64,000 bases of DNA, taken from the NCBI RefSeq assembly GCF_964355755.1, contig NC_092670.1, positions 17,160,795 to 17,224,794 of the forward strand. The letters run 5' to 3'. The position numbers were made by a program, and so were the translations under genes. Below the pieces are notes generated by a model, which saw only the letters and a program-made list of their open reading frames with translations, did not search any database and was not told the origin of the DNA. Origin of the DNA: Antedon mediterranea (Eukaryota; Animalia; Echinodermata). This document shows, in pieces, positions 11,722 through 22,990 of this stretch. Each line of letters opens with the position of its first letter. The stretch's first letter is position 1.

Positions 11722-11925
11722 AGTGGAGCTGTAGCTTGGTGGTTAACGTGCTTGCCTTCCAATCCCAAGGTCCAGGGTTCATTTCTGACCAGGGTTGTAA
11801 CTCACGACTCTTTCAACTCCACTCCCTAAGCCTAAAATGAGACTTAGTTTGTAAGCACAAAATTTATAAAAGCCATCCTGTAATTGGCGAGTTTGTGCTC
11901 GCTGTTAAATACGATGAAATCAAAT
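11722..11925 (+). mobile_element. tRNA-derived SINE (minus copy at about 47010-47140; related heads at about 38038 and 46221)
   Basis: A-box-like tagcttggtggtta and B-box-like gggttcatttc; the body matches the reverse complement of 47010-47140. Confidence 0.7.
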
Positions 11926-12879
11926 AAGGAACGGAGAATAAAGAAATGCGTTCAAATATTCAATATATTTCTCCATGGTTAAACCGATGTTGAAGTCTTG
12001 GTGGAAATACACAAGAACTGTATATATTATTTGGAATCGACTCGCTGAAGTCCGCAATGACAAAATACAAAAAAATAATTTTTAAAATAAATAAATAAAT
12101 AAATAATAAAAACAATAATACAAAAAAATGTAAGTGGTAGGTCACACGGGCAAATTTGCTAGATTCCTCGTCCTGGGTTGCTAATTAAAAATATACACTT
12201 TTAATGATTTATTTATTTATATTAATTATTATACGTTTATATTATTCAGTATACAGTATCATGTCATGCAATTGTACCATACCAATACAATAAAATAAAT
12301 AAGAATACATAACAAAGGATGATGGCAATATTAGAATTAATGAAATACAATGGTACTAACGCAGAAGCCATTATTATCAGCTATAAATATTTTAGTTTTG
12401 TTTGATCAAGGTACTTAATACAAAAACACACATTAAATACTTTTATTATTATTTTATTAATTCATCAATGGTCATAATCAATAACATTAATAATCGTAAT
12501 TATTATACTATTATATCGATTTGTCAACATTGAGTGCCAACTTTATCGCGAATGGTTCATCTTTTATTACTTAATTTGTGACGCCTCTGCCGTCATTTTC
12601 TCTGTAACAAGTAACACAAATAGACTTTAAGAGAGGCTATTGTCACTCACACTCAATGAATTAAGCAACGCAGTACTGTAATCTTAACAACTGATGAATA
12701 TTGAAACCAATAGAAAGGACTCGTCGAACCGGCCAATGCTACCATGGTTACCTTTGGGATTATTCAAATTAGCTAACTTGAGGGGTTTATTACACATCAA
12801 TGGGAAAGTGTGATATTCAAAATTTGAAAGAAACCAAGTAGTACTTCGAACAAGTAAAAACAACTATAAAATAGCAAAA

Positions 12880-14289
12880 ATGGGCGAATGGCAGCACGGT
12901 CTCTTCGGATGTTTCGATAACTTTGGAATGTGTATTATCACATATTTTGTACCATGTTATACTGCCGGAAAAAATGCAGAGAAAAACGGTGAGAGTTGCA
13001 TGGTGTATGGGTTGCTGTCCATCTTGGGATGTATTGGCGTTTGGTCCATGACCAAGATTAGAGGAAAAACAAGAGCAAATAAGGGAATAGAGGTTAGTAG
13101 GCAACAAATGTTTACAATTGTGTTTCTTTATCAATTTCTAAAACCAGTTTTCGTAGATGATGATGATGAAAATGTTGATTAGCAATTGTGAAATCATGGA
13201 TGTTAGATCAAGTTGATTTGTCGATAATTTGTTACTGTCTTCTGGTCTGATAAATATTACGTGTTAATGTTAAATATTGCGATTGATTATCACGTTATTT
13301 ATACGGTTCATTTTGTAAATGTTTCCATAAACTCTTTAGCTCTCATTTGCATAACATTATTTTGAAAAAAACATAGACCTACTCCGTACCTAACATTATA
13401 ATAGCGTTCTTAAAATTAAGATTGATGCGCCTACTGCATGTCTTATTATTAAAGGCTTGAGATTGAAACGAATAACAATGCTTTGTTGGACAAGGAATTG
13501 TTAATTAACAAAGTTACCTTGGACACTATTGCATTGTATGATTAAATATTGATTATTTACTGCTGAAACCATTTCTTCTTTTCCAACCAGTTTATGAAAC
13601 ATAATTACGATGCAAATTTGTAATGTAATGTAATATTCAATAGTTCTTTTTTAAATAATACAACTATATAGCAATTACACGTCAATAAAATGTGTTATCT
13701 ATTATTGCTTCTATTATTTGGACAAAGAAATAACGAAGCAGCATTTTAGAAATACCAACAATGAACAATTTCATTTTTCAGGGAAGCTACACGAGTGACT
13801 GTCTGATGTCGTTATTCTGTCCCATATGCGCACTCGTTCAAGAAGGACAGGTTTGTTACATTGATCATGTTTTAAATTTATTTCTTTCCTCTTCCCTTAT
13901 TCGTTACCAAATTTATCCAATTGACCCTCCTCTTTCACCTTTTAATAAGGAAAAAAAGACGCTGATATTTATGTATGAACCTAAACGTATACCTAAATCT
14001 ATCTATTTAAAAATAAATGTTAACTTTTTTGTTAAACCAGTTTCCAGTACTTACTTGCTACGTTTCAGCTATTTTCAGAAAATTAATATTGACAAAAAGG
14101 TTAACATTTATTTTTAAATATCCATTTGAAACCAGATGATTTTTTTTGTAAATCTATCTACCTTTCTTCTCTCATTCGTGTCAATATACCATTTTGCCAA
14201 TAGCGCAATGCTAAATAATTTGTTCTTTTGTCAATGTTTTTATATAGGAACTGGAAGACGTCCAAGTAGCATCGATGGCTAGAGAATAA
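12880..14289 (+). CDS. PLAC8/cornifelin-family cysteine-rich protein; exons 12880-13092, 13782-13850, 14248-14289
   Basis: MGEWQHGLFGCFDNFGMCIITYFVPCYTAGKNAE...RGKTRANKGIEGSYTSDCLMSLFCPICALVQEGQE... fits the PLAC8 domain signature. Confidence 0.92.
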
Positions 14290-14923
14290 AACTCAACCTT
14301 ATAACGCTGCACTGTGATGATTTAATATTAGTGCATATAAGTTTTATATCATTTAAAACTTCCTTGGTTATCCTGGTTCAATTAGTTTCGTTTTAACTGT
14401 TCCATTATTTGTGTGTCAGTTTATATATTGAACCAAATAAATAAAAATATTTCTCTCCACTCCTTCTTTTGTGGCAAAATTGCAATGCGAAAATGTATAT
14501 ACAGTACATTTTTACTTTTAAATTTAACATAGATTTGATTTAGGCCTAACAATGATGTGCACGTATGGAAAATGATGTGTTTTCAATTCAATTTCGTGAT
14601 TTAACAAGTGCACAGTTGGTGTAATTTTTGTGTTAATTTAGTATTTCTGATGGATGTTAATGACTGTAAAATATTGTTCTGACATGTTAGTGACTAGACT
14701 TATACAATATTTAAGACGAGTGTGTGAAACAGTAGTTTTCAATTTTTTAAACATCGACGATGTTTATGGTGTTTCTTTTATATTATTAGTGTGAACTTTT
14801 TTGTTTGTTTTTGTATTAATATTAGTGTATTAATAAAACAAAATGAACGGATCGTCAACTTGTCTGTCAATATAAAAAACAAATACAAGAAGTAAATCCG
14901 TTTGATTCACGTAAAATTGGAAC

Positions 14924-15290
14924 GAACGAGTATTTTCTTGTTTAGCATTTTCTAAAACTTGCTACTCGCAATGTATTTCGGGTTGGTCATGGTTAATTCA
15001 ATACAACTCAATTGTTTGTCATTTCAAAGCTCTGTCTACCGAACGAGGATTTTCTTGTTTAGCATTCTAAAACTTGCTACTCGCAATGTATTTCGGGTTG
15101 GTCATGGTTAATTCAATACAACTCAATTGTTTGTCATTTCCTAAAGCTCTGTTTACCGAACGAGGATTTTCTTGTTTAGCATCTGCATTTTCTAAAACTT
15201 GCTAATGGCAATGTATTGGTCGGTTGTCATGGTTAATACTGTACAATAACAACTCAATTGTTTGTCATTTTCTAAAGCTCTGTCTAACAC
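14924..15290. repeat. Three tandem copies of about 117 bp, each ending in the MITE A terminus
   Basis: Units start at 14924, 15041 and 15158 (gaacgag.attttcttgtttagcat) and end in aaagctctgt(c/t)ta. Confidence 0.85.
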
Positions 15291-15448
15291 TATCAAACTA
15301 GTTTGACAAAAAAAAGTGTGGTGTGTCTAAATAGGGTAGTGATATGCCAAAATGGTAGTGATAGGACAATATGAGATATGTCCATAGGGGCCTATATAAA
15401 ACACTTTTTTCACATAGGCCTAAAGTTTTATAGTTTACACAATGCTTA
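15272..15448 (+). mobile_element. Family A MITE, diverged copy
   Basis: taaagctctgtctaacactatcaaactagtttgac... with a degenerate right TIR. Confidence 0.75.
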
Positions 15449-15952
15449 AAACTCGCAATGTATTGGTTGGTTGTCATGGTTCATTCAATACAACTCAATT
15501 GTACGGACATTTGATACTGATTACTGAGCTTCTTTGTTAAGAAAAGTATGTTCGTTGAAGACTCGGAGCTAGATCAAACAATACATGTAAATACGACGTC
15601 GTAACAATCGATTAAAATGAACGAAGCCTCGAGGTCTTTATCGGGTATGATTTTGTGATGATGTATGGAATTCAAACTCAGTTCCTTCTTTAATTGTGTA
15701 ATTCCTTCTTTAATTGTGTGATTCTGTGTTATAGTGTGCGTGACAGTTGTGGGCCACCGTACGGTCCAAAGTGTAGAAATAATACATTTCATTTACGTAA
15801 CCCTTGTTGCCATTTAAAAATAACACGATGGTGCCTAAAATATTTCTGGCGCGCGCAAATGCTGGATCATGTTTAGTCGCGTGCAAGGCGACTCTACAGC
15901 TCACTATGTCGGTCGGTAAACTTGAGCACGCAACTGCAGCCATGTATATGCC

Positions 15953-16810
15953 TTGCATACATATGCAAAATATCAAAATAATTCAAGTCTCCACATCTAT
16001 GAAACATTAAAATCAAAACCTGGACTTGAAAATTACTTAATTGATAAAACTAATTTTGAAGGTGCTGCATTAAAATTTAAAGCTCGTTCAAATACTCTAC
16101 CTTTGAATGATAGAACTGCAAATTGGAATATTGATAATAATAAAAAATGTAAATTGTGCGGTACAAATTCGGACGAAGACATCCATCATTTCATCCTTAA
16201 TTGTCCAGCTTTAAATAATATACGTAATCAGGAATTATTTAATTTATATGTGGATATGTATAGAAATGGCAGCAAAGATATGTTTGATACTTTTTATACT
16301 TCTCATGAAAATGACAAACTTAAATATATTTTGGGATACTCAGATAATTTAATTGATGAAGAGTGTGAAAATATTTTGGATAGTTTTTGTAAAAGATAGA
16401 AAACAAGCATGGAAATTTCGAAATGATTCACTGAATTCCATGACTCAATAACTATGTTATCTACATTGCTACATTAAGTAAATTGAAAAAAAAGTGAAAA
16501 GTGGGGGGGGGGGAGGGGGGGTTAGGAGGTTTTCGTAATAAGCTGTGTTTATCAGTTGATTTTATTTTATTTTATACACTTTTACTATATCTTGTTTTGT
16601 ATTCATTGTGTAAAATAATGATCTACTGTATGTATCGATGTAAATTGGGGGGGGGGGGGGTAGGGGGTAGGATAGGGGTTGATAGTTGCTTTTGCCGTTT
16701 TTTACTTTTCTGTTAATTGTTATAGTTTTATATTGTGAAGGATGCACCTTTGTGCTAAGTGTGCCACCGATCTAAAGGTGTATTTCCAAATAAATAAATT
16801 TAAAAAAATA
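15953..16810 (+). mobile_element. 5'-truncated non-LTR retrotransposon (LINE ORF2 C-terminus plus 3' UTR)
   Basis: CKLCGTNSDEDIHHFILNCPAL is a CCHC knuckle typical of RT-protein C-termini. The frame is disrupted near 16397 (AWKFRN continues in another frame). G-runs in the UTR and an aataaa/A-rich end. Confidence 0.8.
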
Positions 16811-17302
16811 ACATATTGAAATGAATGCCGAATTTTCATTGCATTTAGCTCACTAGGGCGTTAGAAAGCCGAAGATATCAAAGAAAATAGAGAGCGCGAA
16901 ATTACAATAGGCTTCCATATCCCCTTCGATTGTCTGTTGTTTGAGCATAGAGGTTCATTATTCTCTATGGTACCCGAGACAATAGTAGTGTATTAATAGA
17001 GGGCGATACAACATGAACAACTACAACTACAACTGAAAGATACTTTATTTAATCCTTAATCGTTTTTTAATGAATAATGATACAACTTTTATTTTTATGA
17101 TTCCTTCAGTAATGGTAGGTCTATATGAAAGTTTATTAGGTAATCCATTCTTATATAGCAGTCTTAATTGCAATCATTAATATTTTAAGTACAGACTACT
17201 ACTATTCTCCCCGCTACTTTCCCAACGTACTATTGTATATTGATACAGTAATCCAAACTTGGTGTATTGGAGTATACTTTATATTGTTAAGTTGTATGGG
17301 AC

Positions 17303-20300
17303 TTATTTTTTAGCATTACTGTAATACTTGACATGTTCCACTAGTTTGTCTCTGTCTTCTTCTGGGAGAAATGCACATTCAGCAGCACAAACTCTCTGTA
17401 AGATAATAAAATAACATTTATACCAAAAAGGTGCACTATGGATTACTGTTTTATATTCATATAAGCATAGGCCTACTAGTACATTAAATACTGAAGGCAC
17501 TTACTAATCTTATCAGATCTTCATCAGATATTCCAAAATATTTCAGAGCAATATCCTCTTCTGTCATTAATGTGTTCATAAAATGCAAACTGTCGTCAGT
17601 ATTTAATGAAAAATTCAAACTATCTTTTGCAAATCTGCAAAAAAAATGCATGGTATTGTACAAACACTCTGCAGCTTGTCACAGCATATGGTATATTAGT
17701 GTATTTGATGACATCAAATTAGCAGTAGACAATGTTTACATTATCGACTGTACTAGCAACAATTATAAAGACATAATTATCAGCAGGAATGACTCTGCAA
17801 TGATGCATTCATACACCACTCACTCATCAAAAACAAGCACACATGCAAAGGCATTGTTGTGGCTTTCATGCTATGTTGAATTTGAGAACAGTTCTTTTCA
17901 TGTGCTATGTTGTTTTATTTGTTTTTATTTTATCAGTCTGTGCCTCCCTTGTTCTACTCTCTTTTGTTCCTATGCACTCAGGCTTATGCCTTATATTACT
18001 ATATATATATCACTGATGAAAGGCTAGTGTCGCCTGAAAGCTCTGCTAATTTTTCTGGCCGTTTTACTTTATTGTTTTGATTTTTGCTTATTTTATTTGT
18101 ATCTCCATTGAGATCCAGCCACTGATACCCACAGCATTGTCATTATTTTCAGTAATTTGCCTTTGAATTTATACTAATATAGTGTTATAAAGTACTATGA
18201 AGTAACCAAGTTTTATTTTTGTTTGTGATATATATAATATTATATATGTACTCTCATTACCTCTGAACAACACATAGCGTTTAGCTTAGCAATTCTTTCT
18301 GACTGTTTACTCTTTGTATCTCTGTTAAGATCCAGCCACTGATACATTCATCACTGTCAGTTTTGTTTTTATAGTAATTTGTCTTTAATTTATAATACAA
18401 TTTGAATGACCTTATAGCTGGATGTTTATTCCAATCTGGACTAACACTACCAAGGACCATGCTAGAGGTTGGGCATACTTCCAAATGTACATTTGCCTTC
18501 TTTACCAACTGTTGGAAGATTGAAATATGTTAAGAATGATAAAATGAATCGCATACTCTCTTATTTAGCAATATACGACAAAATACCATGTCTAAATCAA
18601 ATCTAATTGAAATTTATAAAAAAAAACATCAAGACAAAACATTTGAAATTACAAAATTGTTCTTTGAAAGAAAATAAATGTAACTTTGAAACCTCATAAA
18701 CTTTATCATCATCAAGACAATGATAACCGTGACCTATACGTTGAGCTTTAAACACCTCAATTGCTTCCTTTACATTGGCTGCTGGTCCAGACTCCCCTGC
18801 ATGTATTGTTCTCTTTATATTTAGTTTAATGGCTTCCTGAAAAACAAAGATACATTACCCAATTCCATTTTCTCAGAATGCAGGGTTTTGTTAAGGATCA
18901 AAATATAGGAGGCCTGTAGAAAAATAAGGGAAATATTTGGTACGAAAGCTTAGACTCTGCACTCAGAAGGTATTTCATTGGAACATTAACATACTGTGTT
19001 AATACATTTTATATATTTGGATGAGCTAAACTTTATTTACCTGAAATGCCTGGTGAAATTCATTTTGTAGAGTTAGTGATTCGTCACCACCAATACCAAT
19101 GCCTACAACACCATCATTTCGATACTTGTCACATAATTCTACAACCTCCTGGCACCATTCTACAAACAAAAATATTACTATTATAAGACACCATTATTTA
19201 ATCTTCACCAATGTATTTTTAGCAACTTACATTACAGTGTTGTAAATAGAGGGCTTTTACAATGCTATCATCATTGAAAACTTTCTACAGTCTGTATTTC
19301 TTTTCAAATGCTAAACACATAAATGAAAGTACTCAGAAACGAGTGGAGTACTTGGCATAATATATCCACAGAGAGGGAGCATGTTGAAAGATACATTTTT
19401 TTTGCTTTTGGTAATAACCATGGTTCAAATCCTGCTGGGGTTGTATAAATTACAAACTCTGGTATTGAAACAATGACCTTTTTGAAATCACGATTGACCA
19501 GAACAATGGTCTAGGAGTGTCTTGAATCTGTGCCCCTGCCTTAACCCATTCAGTTTAACCAGTCGACTAATATTTTGGTCCATGTCAAAGAATGTATCCA
19601 TATTAAGAATACAGAAGATGAGCTATTTAATATATATGGTATGGAAGATAAGCTTTTGTGACATGACCAATATATCAATTTTCCTGAAAATCAATAGGCA
19701 TGTCTGTAAGTACGGAACAGAATTCTGGAGAATTTCCTACTCTGTATTCTTTTTTCTGAAATAAAAGATGAAATAAGTATATACCTATGTACAGAATGAA
19801 ATAAGGAATGACGCATATAAACTAATTATCAACTAAAAATAGTTAATTTGAATAACAATAGAACATCCGATTTTCTTGAATTTCAACAGGCATGGTCTGT
19901 AAGTATATATCTATCTAAAATGAAAAATTCTGAATATTAACTTGAAAATTGTAGGCACTATCATGCTAACTAACAAACATACAAACAAAGCAAGTATTTT
20001 GTTTCTAGCTATTTCAAGCTATTGCACATAATTGCATCATAAGGAAATGATAGTCGCCAAATGTATTGCAATTTTACTTTCTGTTTGGTTATACTGCATT
20101 ACATTATAATAAACAAGGACTCTATTGTATCAGAGAAGATTATAATTTTACTCTTCCCTGATTGTATATCATTTTTGTAAGCTATAAATCTCAAAGATAA
20201 TGTTACTACTGTACTTTGTGCAATGTTCAAATTTTCAAATCTTTATTTTATTGTAATGCACTATTGATAATTTTATGTGTGAACCACTGAAATTTCACCA

Positions 20301-22222
20301 TGTTAAAAACATGATAATAACAGGACTGTAGTAAGGGGTTAATAAAATGTCCTCATGTTGACAACAGCCCTGCAATAAAGTTTATGTTATGTAAACTAAA
20401 AGACACAGCCACCGATGCACTCAGAATTTATTTATTGAAAATTTGGCAAATAGCCTAAGAGGAAACCATAGGCCAATCGCCCAACACAGAAGTTGGAAAG
20501 TCCCTACCAGGCTACGACATTACAATGAAAATGTTCAGAGATAATCTGTTTGATGATTTTTTTCTTAAATTGTTGCTAATGTTTTTTTTTTTAAATCATT
20601 ATTGTATTCTTGAACTGCAACTTTGTAAATTTCCTGTGAAGGATGAAAGTTTATCTGTATCTGTATATAATAAATATTTAAAAAGTATATACAAAAACAG
20701 AATAAACTGGACATTAAAATTAACAAGAAAAAATATGCATTGTTTATTTGCAAAGTTTGTGTTTGGATTTATAAATATCAAATACAATAGTACCTGGTTT
20801 TCCCCTCATAAGACATAGTATACTCCTTGCTTGTACCCCATACTTGTCTTGTCCTTCTTTTAAACCTTCATTCACAAGTTGTACAACTTGATCTGCTGTC
20901 ATATTTTCATTTGATAGAAGATGAGGGCAGTATGATGTTTCGAAATATGCAACCCCTTCCTTCAATTTATCTTCACACAGATCTCTTGCAATTTCCTTTA
21001 TTGCTTCACTATCACCTCTAATAATTATAACAAATGATGAAATAAAATTTAAAAAACATTGATTAACCATTTCAGTCTAATTGTTTAAAAGAATGTTTCC
21101 AAAGATGGTATCATAATGAGAATAATATGTTATTTGAAATTGACAGCGTACATTCTATCAAGGCATTTAATATTGTACTATAACTTACCTTAGAATAGGC
21201 ATATAAATTTCAAAACTCTTGATGAATTTTGTCAATGATCCACCACCCACTACGTGTAGCTCTGAAGTGAAGTCTTTAAAATTCTTTCCAGGCAGTGTAT
21301 CTACCATGCCACGTCGTCTAAAAAAACATATCTTGTTTATAGTCTAGTATAGTTTTTCTACATACCGTATTTATTCAAATAAACACCCAAGGGCATTTCT
21401 TGTTCATTAAGGTTATTCGTTTGGAAGGTGCGGTCATTTATTTCAAATGATGTTTTAACTTTTATGGGTGGTTTATTCAGAGCAGAGTATTTTTTTCTAA
21501 ACAATAAATTTGACAAGTTGTGCTTGTTGTATTTTGTATAATGTGATTTATATTTTTATTAGAGGTAATTCTCAAAAGTGAAGAAAATAAGAAAAAACAG
21601 GGGTTAAAACAGTTCAAGATAAATTCAATTTTTCCATTTTCTTTGATATAATTATTTTACATACTTAGCAATGTTCCAAAGAGTTTCTGCCCGACAAGAA
21701 CCATCAAGGTGGCAATGTAACTCAACCTAAAACAAAACCAATTCAACACATCCATAGCATTATTAATTATAATATATTGAAATAGGCCTAGGCCTAGTAT
21801 TAATGTTTCTAGGCCTGGCCCTACCCTACCCTAGCAAGAGATAGTTTTTATTTAGATTGATTCTGCATCATTTAATACTGCTTGGAGCTGTCAGTACATT
21901 TTATACAAGTTATGAAAATGATTTGACAATTGATTAATAACATTAATGTAAACAAATATTTATATTTTAAGAAGGAAATGAAGTGCAGTGACAGTCCACG
22001 ACCTCTCAAATCTCGTGCTTCCCCATCCCCAGGTACGTATTATTGTGACTTGCCTCTTCCTCCTCTGCAAAACCCATCGTAAAATTAAACACCACCTTTT
22101 CACTATTCTGTACCTAACACTATGTATTATTGTTTAATATATTAACTATATAGCATGAATCTATTAAACACATTTTATTCAATAATTACCCTGTAAAGAC
22201 CTTCTTTAAACGAACTTGCCAT
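17303..22222 (-). CDS. ADA: Adenosine deaminase-like, copy 1; 9 exons (22222-22190, 21726-21665, 21317-21189, 21017-20794, 19159-19041, 18836-18693, 18508-18411, 17634-17505, 17395-17303)
   Basis: VELHCHLDGS, HAGE, RIGHGY, HLEVCPTSS and SLNTDD metal/catalytic motifs; in-phase GT-AG junctions. Confidence 0.93.
18011..18046 (+). ncRNA. Minimal type I hammerhead ribozyme motif, Penelope-like and probably degenerate
   Basis: ca-CTGATGA-a-aggc(tagtgtc)gcct-GAAA-gc-TC-tg: intact core, 4-bp stem II, palindromic AGCT stem III and a short stem I. Confidence 0.55.
18011..18392 (+). mobile_element. Two Penelope-like terminal-repeat fragments in an ADA copy 1 intron
   Basis: 18011-18172 and about 18258-18392 share agatccagccactgatac...agtaatttg(c/t)cttt..atttata with 2884-3012. 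Confidence 0.55.
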
Positions 22223-22589
22223 TCTGAATGTTCCAAAGTTAATAAAGCTCAATGCAAATCTTCTATTCATTATAATGTTGTCATAACCTTTGTCCTCTGG
22301 AATCATCCAAGCGTGTATTACTAATGACTATGGGACGCTTACAGCGCATTTTAACATGCTTATTAGTCCGGCGTTTATTAGATCATTAATATATTTATAA
22401 AAAAAACAAATAAAAATGAAATGAAACGACCTCGGCAAGACGAACGAAGTTGATCGAGCTTATTTTCATGGGGACACTTATTTAATTCAGTGATTTACCG
22501 TTTTCCATGCAGATCACCAGAATGTTGAATATACAGAATAACATAAAAATCTTTTTAAGGTAATGTTTTCAACTTTTATTAACTTTATA

Positions 22590-22990
22590 TATCAAATAAC
22601 TATTATTAATTCGTGAAATATAAACATGTTATTGTTGCTAAGGAAAGAGTGATCTTTCTTATTTGCAAAAAGTAAAAACTGGGAATGTATTTATAGTATT
22701 ACAATTCTGAGTAGGCCTACATAATACTACAGCTTCCCCGAAGTCGGTCTAGTACTGTTGTTTTTAATGTGATCAAATAACTATTATATCACTCGTGAAA
22801 TAGAAAGCATGTTGCTATAGGATGCTAATGTAATTCACGTGCTTACTATCCATGGAAGAATCTTTTTATTTGCAAAAAGTAGAAACTTAGGATGTATTTA
22901 TATTATTACAATTAACTGAGTAGGCCTACAGAATACTACAGCAGCAGGGCTGCTCCGAATTAGGTCTAGTACTGTTCTTTTTAATATGTT
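22590..22990. repeat. Diverged tandem duplication of the ADA copy 2 C-terminal codons and proximal 3' UTR
   Basis: ttatttgcaaaaagta...gagtaggcctaca.aatactacagc...ggtctagtactgtt occurs at about 22660-22770 and again at about 22867-22985. Confidence 0.8.

Noticed and set aside
15550-15950. GC/CpG-richer stretch with several short ORFs
   Set aside because: No recognisable protein, splice pattern, TIR or RNA structure; left unassigned.
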